A DNA stretch of 64,000 bases. Origin: Eledone cirrhosa. Lineage: Eukaryota. The notes beneath the pieces were generated by a model. It was not told where the DNA came from, did not search any database, and was given only the letters and a program-made list of their open reading frames with translations. The position numbers and the translations under genes are program-made. Numbering within the stretch: the stretch's first letter is position 1; each line of letters begins with the position of its first letter. The stretch spans positions 9,238,001 to 9,302,000 of the forward strand of contig OZ024760.1 in the NCBI GenBank assembly GCA_964016885.1, given 5' to 3'. Of the stretch, positions 1-10,911 are shown in pieces.

Positions 1-344
1 CAAATGATTAACATGTTCACTTTGCAATCATTAGGCCCTGGGTTTAATTCAACTACATGGCATATTGGGTTCACCCATGCCTTGAGAGTGAAATTGGGTA
101 GACAGAAACTGCTTGGAAGCCTGTCACATTGGACTGTACCTGTAGTTCAAAGGACCAGCCTTGTCACACACTTTCTTGTACTGAATCTCCCTAAGAAATA
201 CATTAAGGGTACACATGTCTGTGGAATGCTCTGCCACTTAGATGTTAATTTTATGAACAGGCCATTCCATTGATTAAACAACTAAAACACACGTTGAAAC
301 TGACAGGTTCATCTAATCCAATATATTTAGTGTTAATTGATCTT

Positions 345-610
345 TTAACCCTTTAGCATTTAAACCGGCTATATCTGGCCAGAATTCCCTCAACTCTTTC
401 TGTTCAAACTGGCTGTATCTGGCCACTTATACTTATGTTAAGGTAATATTCTCAAAATAAATAACATCAAAATTTCATAGATTCAATATTAAGTGCACCT
501 GAGCACTGTACACAATATTTTCATTATTATTATTATTTTTATGTGAGATAAAGTTTTTACCATGAAAATATAATAGTAAATATAGCGTAATGTAAGTTCT
601 AAAGGGTTAA
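345..610. mobile_element. piggyBac-like MITE
   Basis: TTAA-CCCTTTAGCATT ... TAAAGGG-TTAA termini; same family as 691, 5611 and 59517. Confidence 0.75.
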
Positions 611-690
611 CCCATCTCACCTCAGTGATCTATTTTAACCCATCTCACCTTATTGATTTACTTTAACCCATCTCACCTTATTGATCTATT

Positions 691-910
691 TTAACCCTTT
701 AACATTTAAACCGGTTATATCCAGCCAGAATTCTCTCACCTTTTTCTGTTTAAACTGGCTGCTCATACTTATGTTAAGGTATTGTTCTCAAAATAAATAG
801 TATCAAAAATCTCATAGATTCAATATTATGTGAGATAATTATGAGAGATAAAGTGTTTACTGTGAAAATACAATAGTAAATATAGAGTAACATAAATGCT
901 AAAGGGTTAA
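691..910. mobile_element. piggyBac-like MITE
   Basis: TTAA-CCCTTTAACATTTA ... TAAATGCTAAAGGG-TTAA. Confidence 0.75.
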
Positions 911-996
911 CTCATCTCACCTTAGTGATCTATTTTAACCCATCTCATTTTATTGATTGTTACTGCCATGTTTCATATTTGTTATTTCATCTTCAG

Positions 997-1065
997 GCTA
1001 ACAGATATATTGAGGATAATATGCCTTCTTCAAGTGATGAAACACAATCATCTGGCAGATATCAG
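997..1065 (+). CDS. CEP350: CEP350-like gene, exon A (first in window; gene 5' end is upstream)
   Basis: cttcag|GCT...CAG|gtaaat, 69 nt, phase 0-0, ANRYIEDNMPSSSDETQSSGRYQ; phase matches the next exon. Confidence 0.7.
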
Positions 1066-1099
1066 GTAAATGTAAACACTTTCTTATATCTATATTATT

Positions 1100-1525
1100 A
1101 TTTTTTCACGCTCAGAGTTGCTGAAGCATGGAACAAACTGCCTGCATCAGTTGTTAGCTGCCGAGACACTGCATCCTTTAAGACACTCATGCTTCCCGAA
1201 ATACGCCAAAACTACACCTGATGTACCCCTTCCATACACATGCACACATGTGTGTATCATGACTCGTGCACTGTTCATTTTCCTGATGTTTGTGCATTGC
1301 CCTATGTACTGTACATGCACTTTTTGATGAGTTGTGGTGCACCTGGGCACTGTACACAATATTTCATTGTTATTATTGTTATTATCATTATATCATGACT
1401 CATACACTGTTCATTTTCCTGACATTTGTACATTATTCTATGTACTATACATGCACCTTTGATGAGTTGTAGTGCACCTGAGCACTGTACACAATAATTT
1501 CATTATTATATCATTATTATTATTA
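1100..1525 (+). mobile_element. CR1-like LINE 3' end with duplicated 3' UTR and (ATT)n tail
   Basis: FFTLRVAEAWNKLPASVVSCRDTASFK is the typical CR1-group ORF2 C-terminus; related copies at 21350 and 59850. Confidence 0.75.
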
Positions 1526-1987
1526 TCTATCTGTATAGGGTTAGGGTGTTGGACTCACAATCATAAGGTTGTCGGGTCAATTCATGGACGGACACACTCA
1601 TTGTGTCCTTGAGCAAGACTCTTCATTTCACACTGCTCCGTTCTTCTCAGCTAGCTGTAAAAAGAAAATAAACGAGTAAGAACAACATAAATATACTGGA
1701 GGTGGGAAGGTTCCCCAGCCATTAGAAAACATACCAAACAAAGAGTGAGGAGGATTTTCAGCTGTGTCACAAACATGACAAACTCTCTAGTGTTGGGGAT
1801 CTGCACCTTAAGCACAGCCAGTTTTGTAAGGGAATCATTCTGTCATAACCATAACAGAATTACAACGAGCTTTTGATTCCAGAGTGTAGCCAGATCGAGT
1901 CTTGAGCTGATCAATCACGAAACACATGCCCCACCTCAATAAATGGAATGAAGATCTAACACCTCGTCCTTTTTATTATTAGTAATA

Positions 1988-2106
1988 GAGTTCAAATCCC
2001 GCCGAGGCTAACTTTGCCTTTCATCCTTACGGGGTAGATAAAATAAAGTACCAGCAACACACTGGGGTAATTGCTGGCCTTGTGCCAAAACTAGAAACAA
2101 TTATTA
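1988..2106 (+). mobile_element. SINE family A, 5'-truncated
   Basis: B box GAGTTCAAATCC followed by CTTTGCCTTTCATCCTTACGGGG..GATAAAATAAAGTACCAG. Confidence 0.8.
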
Positions 2107-2206
2107 GTATTACATTCTGCTGAGTACATCACCAATATACCTACTGGAAACTATATATCGGGTGCTCACTTTGGTGAACCTACAGTAACTGGATGTTACG
2201 ATCACT

Positions 2207-2249
<43 letters not shown>

Positions 2250-2280
2250 CTGAACATGGAACCTCGTTCTTCCCCCAACT

Positions 2281-2323
<43 letters not shown>

Positions 2324-2399
2324 AGAGACACAGACACAGACACACACACACACACACACGTACACCTACACACATACACAAACACCACCTTCAGCCCTC

Positions 2400-2676
2400 C
2401 CCGCTCGTGGAGGTGCCACGGCAAAAAAGCACCCAGCACTCACTGTAAAGTGGTCGTGGAGGGGGCCACAGCAAAAAAGCACCCAGCACTCACTGTAAAG
2501 TGGTCGTGGAGGGGGCCACAGCAAAAAAGCACCCAGCACTCACTGTAAAGTGGTCGTGGAGGGGGGGCCACGGCAAAAAAGCACCCAGCACTCATTGTAA
2601 ATGTGGTTGGTGTTAGGAAGGGCATCCAGCTGTAGAAATCAAGCCAGAAGCAGGGAAAAGCGGACGTAAAATGATG

Positions 2677-2705
<29 letters not shown>
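2400..2705 (+). mobile_element. SINE family B 3' part with an internal ~49-bp tandem amplification and poly(A)
   Basis: about four copies of gcaaaaaagcacccagcactcactgtaaagtggtcgtggagg, then the family-B tail. Confidence 0.75.
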
Positions 2706-2708
<3 letters not shown>

Positions 2709-2763
2709 CACTCACACATACATATATCATAACCCTATAAATATACTATTTTTCTTATTTTAG

Positions 2764-2862
2764 GAAAAAGTTTATTCTGAAGAAAGGCCAAGATTTTCAT
2801 TAGATGAGGTGCCAACAAACCACCAAAATACAGATTTTCAGAATTCAACTTCAAGATTTAAA
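2764..2862 (+). CDS. CEP350: CEP350-like exon B
   Basis: tttcttattttag|GAA...AAA|gtaaat, 99 nt open frame EKVYSEERPRFSLDEVPTNHQNTDFQNSTSRFK, phase 0-0. Confidence 0.7.
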
Positions 2863-2982
2863 GTAAATATTTTTTTCTATCCCCTTCCTCATCAAATTAT
2901 TGTGCATCTAAATTTTTCAGGTGTGTTGCATGTGTGTGTCCTATCGATGACAAGACAACCTCTCTAGTGTTGGTGATCTACA

Positions 2983-3275
2983 TCAGAGGTTCAGAAACCT
3001 TTTGGGCCACCACTCCCCTCATGGCCACGTAAACCCCTCCCACCCACACACACACCCTATTTCCAGAGAGACCTACCTACATGCAAATTGTAAATAATAT
3101 ACAATAAATAAAATCGTTAATTTATATATAATAAATAATATAATATATATATTTTTTATTTTACTATATTAATATATAATATGTATCATTTGATATTCAA
3201 TATACTATTATATCATCTCTACTGCCCCTTTAGGCCCCAACGCTCCCTGGGGGTGGTAGCGCCCACTTTGAGAGA
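2983..3275. mobile_element. AT-rich non-autonomous DNA element (hAT-like end)
   Basis: begins CAGAGGTTC; a reverse-complement copy lies at about 19195-19966. Confidence 0.55.
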
Positions 3276-3495
3276 TTACATGTTACACTATGAGATTTTG
3301 ATGTTATTTATTTTGAGAACAATATCCTAACATCAGTATGAGTGGCCAGTTGTGACCGGTTTGAACAGAAAGAGGTGAGAGAATTCTGGCCGGATATGGC
3401 CTGTTTAAATGCTAAAGGGTTAAAATTGCTAGCTTTGTGCCTACATCAGAAATTGTTGTAAACCTAAGTTCATTTGACTTTCTATTTGTTACAAG

Positions 3496-3697
3496 GGTCT
3501 CCATTGTGATTACAATGAATTACTGCGGAGAGATGAAACAGCTGAAGATATTCCAGAAAGTTCCCTAGAACGGGAGAGATCTTGGCAATGCCAACCTGTT
3601 CAATCAAAGTACCCCTGGAGGAAGAATGATACCATATCTGATAAATACAGCATCGTTAACATATTCACAGCCAAATATAGCAACAGTAACAAAGCAG
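3496..3697 (+). CDS. CEP350: CEP350-like exon C
   Basis: AAG acceptor, CAG|gtgaaa donor, phase 0-1; encodes YPWRKNDTISDKYSIVNIFTAKY, resembling the PW...SVINIF block recalled from CEP350. Confidence 0.8.
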
Positions 3698-3972
3698 GTG
3701 AAATTATTATTATTATTATTTCCATTTCCATTATTATTTTGCCTACCTTCTTAGCTAAAAACTTCCTGAGATCCCACTACATCTCTTGTGTACCCATAGT
3801 TTGCATTTGGGGCAAAGGATGGAATTTCTACCTATGCTATTCCTACATACTAAGCAAGGCCATTTTCCTGAGGGGCTCGGGGTTCTGTTTTCTCTTCTAC
3901 TTACTAAGACCTTAGTCTTTGTCAGGTTCACTTAACAATCACTTGTTTCGAGTCCTTGCTTCCATGTTTGGA

Positions 3973-4308
3973 ATCATCATTTCATTTTACGTCCCCTTTT
4001 CCCTGCTTGCAAGGGTGGGACAGGAACTGATTCTGGCTTGATTTCTACAGCTGGATGCCCTTCCTAACACCAACCTCATTTACAGTGAGTGCTGGGTGCT
4101 TTTTTTGCCGTGGGACCTCCACGACCACTTTGTAGTGGAATGATAGGGACCCCAGTCCCTATCATCTCATTTCTACAGCTGAGTAAACTGGAGCAATGTG
4201 AAATAAAGGGTCTTGCTCAAAGAAACAACACATCACCCGGTCTGAGAATTGAACTCACAACCTTTCGATTGCAAGGCCAATGCTCTAACCACTAAGCCAT
4301 GTGCCTCC
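3973..4308 (-). mobile_element. SINE family B, full length (tRNA head, V-domain-like core, RTE-type tail)
   Basis: minus strand A box TGGCTTAGTGG, B box GAGTTCAATTC, TTGAGCAAGAC core, tail ..GGACGTAAAATGA; near-identical to copies at 5684, 28867 and 53063. Confidence 0.85.
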
Positions 4309-4318
4309 ATATATATAT

Positions 4319-4520
4319 ATATGGAAAGATTCAAAACCCCAATGGCTGAGCTCCGGCTGCCTCGACAGCTAGATCCAGTTCGGATCTAGCTGTTGAGGTG
4401 GTCGGAGCTCAGCCGTTGATGTCCTGAATCTTTTCATATTACCCACTCTACTACCCCAAGTATTGAGTACTCTGATGGGTTATGGTCCACCTGGTATCTT
4501 ACCACACCCTCTCTTATATA
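4319..4520 (+). mobile_element. hairpin-plus-tail element embedded in (TA)n
   Basis: 58-bp arms 4319-4376 and 4382-4439; the tail is homologous to the reverse complement of 26825-26900. Confidence 0.65.
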
Positions 4521-4694
4521 TATATATCCCTTGCTAACAAGGAAAGTGGACATTAAAACAACAATGATGATGACTTGTGATATACAGTGCCCCAGCATGG
4601 CCTCAGTCGGATGGCTGGAACAGGTAAAAGAGTAAAAGAGTAAATATATATGTGTGTGTGTATCTAAGTTTAATATGAAAATATTTCATTATAG

Positions 4695-5604
4695 AAATAC
4701 CAGATTCGGTGCATCAAGACCCAACATTTTCCGAGAATTCTCAGTCGAAGCCATTAAATTTTACTTTGTCACAATTAAACAATCATGATTTCAACGTACC
4801 ACAACACCATCGTCCAGTTACACCCCAGGAAGGAATTCACAACGTAGCACAACACCATCGTCCAGTTACACCCCAGGAAGGAATTCACAACATAGCACAA
4901 CACCATCGTCCAGTTACACCCCAGGAAGGAATTCACAACGTAGCACAACACCATCGTCCAGTTACACCCCAGGAAATAATTCACAATGTACCACAACACT
5001 ATCGTCCAGTTACACCCCAGGAAGGAATTCACAACGTACCACAATACCATCGTCCAGTTACACCCCAGGAAGGAATTCACAACGTAGCACAACACTATCG
5101 TCCAGTTACACCCCAGGAAGGAATTCACAACGTACCACAATACCATCGTCCAGTTACACCCCAGGAAGGAATTCACAACGTAGCACAACACCATCGTCCA
5201 GTTACACCCCAGGAAGGAATTCACAACATACCACAATACCATCGTCCAGTTACACCCCAGGAAGGAATTCACAACGTACCACAACACCATCGTCCAGTTA
5301 CACCCCAGGAAATAATTCACAATGTAGCACAACACCATCGTCCAACTACACCCCAGGAAAGAATTGACAATCGATCACCACATTTAAAAGCTACAATACC
5401 ATTTGATACAATCCCATCTGTAATTGTAGACGAGGATGAAGATGGAAACGTCAGTTGTACACGTGAGAAAACAGCTGTAGATGTGCCGGCATTCCTAAAT
5501 AGTTTACCTTCTCAAAGATATTCTATGAATGGTACTGCTGAAACTGAAGAAATCTGCTCCAACAACTTACCTGATGAAGTTCATATGTCTTCCAGAAGAA
5601 AATT
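4695..5604 (+). CDS. CEP350: CEP350-like exon D with 12 x 16-aa coding repeat
   Basis: ttatag|AA...TT|gtaagt, phase 1-2, same frame as ORF 4709..5608. Confidence 0.8.
4790..5365 (+). repeat. coding minisatellite, 48 bp x 12
   Basis: unit encodes HNV(A/P)QHHRPVTPQEGI. Confidence 0.95.
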
Positions 5605-5610
5605 GTAAGT

Positions 5611-6180
5611 TTAACCCTTTAGTATTTACATTACTCTATATTTACTATTATATTTTCATGGTAAAGGCTTTACCTTACATAATTCATTTCATTTTCATTT
5701 CATTTTACGTCCGCTTTTTCCCTGCTTGCAAGGGTGGGACGGGAACTGATTCTGGCTTGATTTCTACAGCTGGATGCCCTTCCTAACACCAACCTCATTT
5801 ACAGTGAGTGCTGGGTGCTTTTTTGCCGTGGCACCTGCACGACCACTTTGCAGTGGAATGATAGGGACCCCAGTCCCTATCATCTCATTTCTACAGCTGA
5901 GTAAACTGGAGCAATGTGAAATAAAGTGTCTTGCTCAAGGAAACAACACATCACCCGGTCTGAGAATTGAACTCACAACCTTTTGATTGCAAGGCCAATG
6001 CTCTAACCACTAAGCCATGTGCCTCCATGCTAATTATCTCACATAATATCAAATCTATGAGATTATGATATTATTTATTTTGAGAAGAATACCTTAACAT
6101 CAGTATGATGTTAAAGTTTGAACAGAAAGAGGCAGGAGAATTCTGGCAAGATATAGCTGGTTTAAATGCTAAAGGGTTAA
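5611..6180. mobile_element. piggyBac-like MITE interrupted by a family-B SINE (about 5684-6027, minus)
   Basis: TTAA-CCCTTTAG ... CTAAAGGG-TTAA termini; the uninterrupted copy is at 59517-59729. Confidence 0.8.
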
Positions 6181-6366
6181 CCCATTTCATCTCAAATTCT
6201 TTACTCATTCCCACTACTTTTAAGATGTAAAAATTGTTAATTTTAAAGTGTATCTAAAAACTTTCTACCATATTTTTATGTATGAACCCTTGCTGAGCTA
6301 TGTTCCAAACACCAGTTTAATATTGAGAAAGTTACATTACTAAATCCCACCATATTCTATTTCTAG

Positions 6367-6441
6367 TCAACTCCCAACGGGGCCAATCAAACAAACTAAG
6401 GAAAACAGTTACCCATTGCAAGATTCACCGTCATCATCATG
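6367..6441 (+). CDS. CEP350: CEP350-like exon E
   Basis: ttctag|T CAA CTC...TG|gtaagt, 75 nt, phase 2-2, QLPTGPIKQTKENSYPLQDSPSSS. Confidence 0.75.
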
Positions 6442-6534
6442 GTAAGTTGAGTGTTAATTTAGTTCTGAAATTGTTGTATTTTCACCTAGGTGGACTTATC
6501 CGACAGAGAGAACTATTTCTGTTATATGTCAACC

Positions 6535-7020
6535 TCTGTTAAATATTTCAGTGGTGATAGTGAAGTAGTTAAAACTGTTTTATTTCAGTGGTGATAATGT
6601 AGTTAAAACTGTGATATTATAGTGGTGGTAGTGTAGTTAAAACTGTTATATTATAGTGGTGATAGTGTAGTTAAAACTTATATTTCAGTGGTGATAGTGT
6701 AGTTAAAACTGTTATATTATAGTGGTGGTAGTGTAGTTAAAACTGTTATATTATAGTGGTGCTAGTGTAGTTAAAACTGTTATATTTCAGTGGTGGTAGT
6801 GTAGTTAAAACTGTTATATTTCAGTGGTGGTAGTGTAGTTAAAACTGTTATATTTCAGTGGTGGTAGTGTAGTTAAAACTGTTATATTATAGTGGTGGTA
6901 GTGTAGTTAAAACTGTTATATTATAGTGATAGTAGTGTAGTTAAAACTGTTATATTTCAGTGGTGGTAGTGTAGTTAAAACTGTTATATTTCAGTGGTGG
7001 TAGTGTAGTAGTTAACACTT
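6535..7020. repeat. 34-bp minisatellite
   Basis: unit tatttcagtggtggtagtgtagttaaaactgtta, about 14 copies. Confidence 0.9.
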
Positions 7021-7068
7021 ATATTACAATGGTAGGAGTATATTATAACTGTTTCTCTTATATTTCAG

Positions 7069-7210
7069 TGTGGAGAGTGAAGTAGAGAACCTGTCAAGTA
7101 TTGAGAATTCCTCACATATGTTCTCAAGTCACGGAGATGGTACTGAGTCTGACATTTCCAGTTTACAGAATGAATCTCCATCTAAATCTGTGTCTCACTA
7201 CCAATGTAAG
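7069..7210 (+). CDS. CEP350: CEP350-like exon F
   Basis: tatttcag|T GTG GAG...AAG|gtaaga, phase 2-0, Ser/Glu-rich, frame of ORF 7070..7306. Confidence 0.8.
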
Positions 7211-7404
7211 GTAAGACCATGTATGCCATCTCTTTCTTTCTTTCGTTTTACAACTACTACAATTTTTTTCAACGCGCTCAACATGTCTATGAGCATATTA
7301 TTGTAAATCTGCAAACACAGACTCACAAAAATAAGTCGCACAAATTTATATGTAAATTGTACACACAAGTGTAGTGAATGTTAGATGCTGTTTTCTGTAG
7401 TTTA

Positions 7405-7690
7405 TCATCATCCCTTCCTTCCTCAGTCATCTCTAGTGTGTGACGTCATCACCTCTTCCTTCCTCAGTCATCTCTAGTGTGTGACGTCATCATCCCTTCC
7501 TTCCTCAGTCATCTCTAGTGTAACGTCATCACCCTTTCCTTCCTCAGTCATCTCTAGCGTGTGACGTCATCACCCTTCCTTCCTAAGTCAACGTAATCAC
7601 CCCTTCCTTCCTCAGTCAACGTAATCACCCCTTCCTTCCTCATTCAACGTAATCACCCCTTCCTTCTTCAGTCATCTCTAGTGTGTAACA
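7405..7690. repeat. degenerate ~30-45-bp minisatellite
   Basis: recurring cccttccttcctcagtcatctctagtgtgtgacgtcatca. Confidence 0.8.
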
Positions 7691-8542
7691 GACAAATACA
7701 CTAGGCTACTATATTAGTAGATTAACTATTCCATAGACATTGAAATGTTGAGTGAGTTGAGAAATTTTGAGAAGTAAAGGAAATCTGAAACGCAGGAGAA
7801 TAACTGTGACAACAGCTTTAGAAGTCTCTAGGCTGTTGGGAGTATTTTTACCTGATTTTCTAAAGCTATTTTCACAACTATTCTTCTTTGTTCAATATTT
7901 TCTTCATTTCTAAAAAATATTAACTATTCCAAAGGAAATACATTTGGGACACGGCAAGCAAAGTTTTAGAATTGGAATAGAAATAGAAGTGTCGCTGTAT
8001 TATTAACACATAATAATGGGGCTTATAAACCCACTGAATGAAAAACAGACACCCTTTTTATCCAGTGGGTTTATACGCCCTATTACTAGACTATATCATG
8101 TAGTCAATGTTACGGTGAAGCTTCTATTTCTGTTTCAATTAACTATCCGTCATTTAACGTCCATTTTCCATGTTAGCATGGGTTAGACAGGTTGTCCTAT
8201 TTGAGGCAAGTTGGGCCACAGAACTGTTTCTGGCTAGATTGCTACAGTTGGATGCCCTTCCTAATGCCAACCATATTTACAGTTGGGCTGGGTGCTTTTT
8301 GATGTGACACCACTATTTGTTTTTTGAGATCTCCAATTATTTCTTCTTCTCTGTCTCCTCTTCTTTGATCTTAATCCATTTACTCCATCTTGTTTGGCGT
8401 AAACAGATTAAGACCAAAGAAGAGGAGACAGAGAAGAAGAAATAGTCATTGAGGAGGTCACAGAATGTGTGACGAAAGAATCAATAACTACTAACTAATA
8501 ATAAAGGTGAAATTTAATTATTTCCCGCATTTGTTTTATCAG

Positions 8543-8716
8543 TTTCCTATCCGTGGTGGTTATGTTCCAAAGGTTGATACTGGCAATCCTGACAAATGTT
8601 ATTCCCCTGGACAGCTGCCAATGAAGTTACGGGCTGAACTCTATAACTGGGAACAAACCCTGGAATCTATATCTTTAGCTCAACAGCAGACCATTACCTT
8701 GGGAAGAATATTTCAG
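8543..8716 (+). CDS. CEP350: CEP350-like exon G
   Basis: ttatcag|TTT...CAG|gtaagt, phase 0-0; YSPGQLPMKLRAELYNWEQTLESISLAQQQTITLGRIFQ matches the CEP350 block SP..L..+M.AEL...ISLAQQE.V.LA.I. Confidence 0.88.
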
Positions 8717-8811
8717 GTAAGTCAGTTTTTAGGAAACAACAAATTACTAACTGCTGCTACTGCTGTTACTATTACTACTGCTACTACCACCACCACCAAA
8801 CTCCTACTAAT

Positions 8812-9300
8812 AATAATAATTGTTTCTACTTTTGGCACAAGGCCAGCAATTACCCAGTGCATTACTGGTACTTTATTTATCGACCCCGTAAGGATGAAAG
8901 GCAAAGTTATCCTACTAATAATAATAATAATGGTTTCTACGTTAGGCACAAGGCCAGCAATTACCCAGTGCATTACTGGTACTTTATTTTATCGACCCCG
9001 TAAGGATGAAAGGCAAAGTTAACCTCGGCGGGATTTGAACTCAGAATGGCAAGGGCCGTAACTCTATGCGTCAAAGCATAATAATAATGGTTTCTGATTT
9101 AGGCATAAGGCCAACAATTTTAGCGGGAGGGGAAAGTCGATCAAATTGACCCCAGTGTGTGACTGGTACTTTATTTTATCAACCCCATAAGGATGAAAAG
9201 CAAAGCTAACCGTGGTGGGATTTTATCTCAGAACCTAAAGGGCCGAAACTCTATGCCGCAAAGCATGTTCTACGCTCAAACAATTCTGCCAATCCACACA
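8812..9300 (-). mobile_element. three stacked family-A SINE copies or fragments
   Basis: repeated tttctac..ggcacaaggccagcaatt...taaggatgaaaggcaaagtt. Confidence 0.8.
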
Positions 9301-9437
9301 ACATAATAATAATATTAGTGGTTAACATATTTAGGGTTGCAGGTAGATGAATGAATTGAAAACATGGTCAAAGTGAGAACGGGGTCAAATAGTTCAGAGA
9401 GCTCTTACCTCTGCTGCCAATAAAAGGCTTCTTTCTC

Positions 9438-9606
9438 AGAGTGAAGGGCAAATTGTATGATAAGGGTTGTACAAAGTACAGAGATAAGGGCAAATTGTAT
9501 GAATAGGGTTGTACAAAGTACAGAGTGAAGGGCAAATTGTATGATAAGGGTTGTACAAAGTACAGAGTGAAGGGCAAATTGTATGATAAGGGTTGTACAA
9601 AGTACA
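9438..9606. repeat. 42-bp minisatellite x4
   Basis: agagtgaagggcaaattgtatgataagggttgtacaaagtac. Confidence 0.9.
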
Positions 9607-9619
9607 TGGTAGCAAGATA

Positions 9620-10260
9620 TGGGCCTTAAATGTATTAGGAGTGGGCTCTGCTGGATTGTGGGCCTTAAATGTATAAGGTCCCTAACATGGAGTGTGCTCT
9701 GCTGGATGTGGGCCTTAAATGTATAAGGTCCCTAACATTGAGTGTGCTCTGCTGGATGTGGGCCTTAAATGTATAAGGTCCCTAACATTGAGTGTGCTCT
9801 GCTGGATGTGGGCCTTAAAAGTATAAGGTCCCTAACATTGAGTGTGCTCTGCTGGATGTGGGCCTTAAAAGTATAAGGTCCCTAACATTGAGTGTGCTCT
9901 ACTGGATTGTGGGCCTTAAAAGTATAAGGTGCCTAACATGGAGTGTGCTCTGCTGGATGTGGGCCTTAAAAGTATAAGGTCCCTAACATTGAGTGGGCTC
10001 TACTGGATGTGGGCCTTAAAAGTATAAGGTCCCTAACATTGAGTGGGCTCTACTGGATGTGGGCCTTAAAAGTATAAGGTCCCTAACATTGAGTGGGCTC
10101 TACTGGATGTGGGCCTTAAAAGTATAAGGTCCCTAATATTGAGTGGGCTCTACTGGATGTGGGCCTTAAAAGTATAAGGTCCCTAACATTGAGTGGGCTC
10201 TACTGGATGTGGGCCTTAAAAGTATAAGGTCCCTAACATGGAGTGTGCTCTACTGGATGT
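9620..10260. repeat. 50-bp minisatellite, about 12-13 copies
   Basis: gggccttaaaagtataaggtccctaacattgagtgggctctactggatgt. Confidence 0.92.
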
Positions 10261-10556
10261 GTGATGTCAGCATGCATGAAAAATGGAGCACAAGTGAGTT
10301 GAGATAAGATAAATATCACATGTAGTGTGTATGAGAGATGACTACGCTGGTAGCGACATCTGTTGTTATATCAAGAAGTGCTGAGTGCTTGAAATAGATG
10401 GAACCTGTGGAAGAGGGAGATAAAATAAAGTACCAGTGAAATACTAGGGTTAATATGGTCGACTTCCTTCTGTTGGTATTGGGCCTACATCAGAAACTAT
10501 TGTTATTGCTGTTGTTTCTCTAAATGGTCACTTTTTTTTTTTTTTTTTGTTTCTAG

Positions 10557-10790
10557 CAGCAGACACCAAGCCAAAATGCTGGCCCCACTTTACAATACCT
10601 GGAGCAATTGAAAAACGCAATGGCCCTGTTGGAGAATAAACCGCCGACAGAACCTGTGGGACTATCATCTCCTCAACACAGTGATCATTCAGGCACACAA
10701 CAAAAGAGTATTATGATTGAAGAAAGGCCACAACCAACACCTATATCTCAGTCACACTCTCTTTCTGGCAACAACTCTTCTATATCTAAG
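10557..10790 (+). CDS. CEP350: CEP350-like exon H
   Basis: long T tract then tag|CAG CAG ACA...AAG|gtaaga, phase 0-0, frame of ORF 10608..10817. Confidence 0.8.
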
Positions 10791-10911
10791 GTAAGAATGT
10801 CTATCATCATCATTTAACATCCATTTTCCATGTTAACATGGGTAGGATGGGCTGTCCTTTTGTGAGAGATCAGGATGGAGCATTGTTTTCCGCTTACACA
10901 GAACTGCTTTT

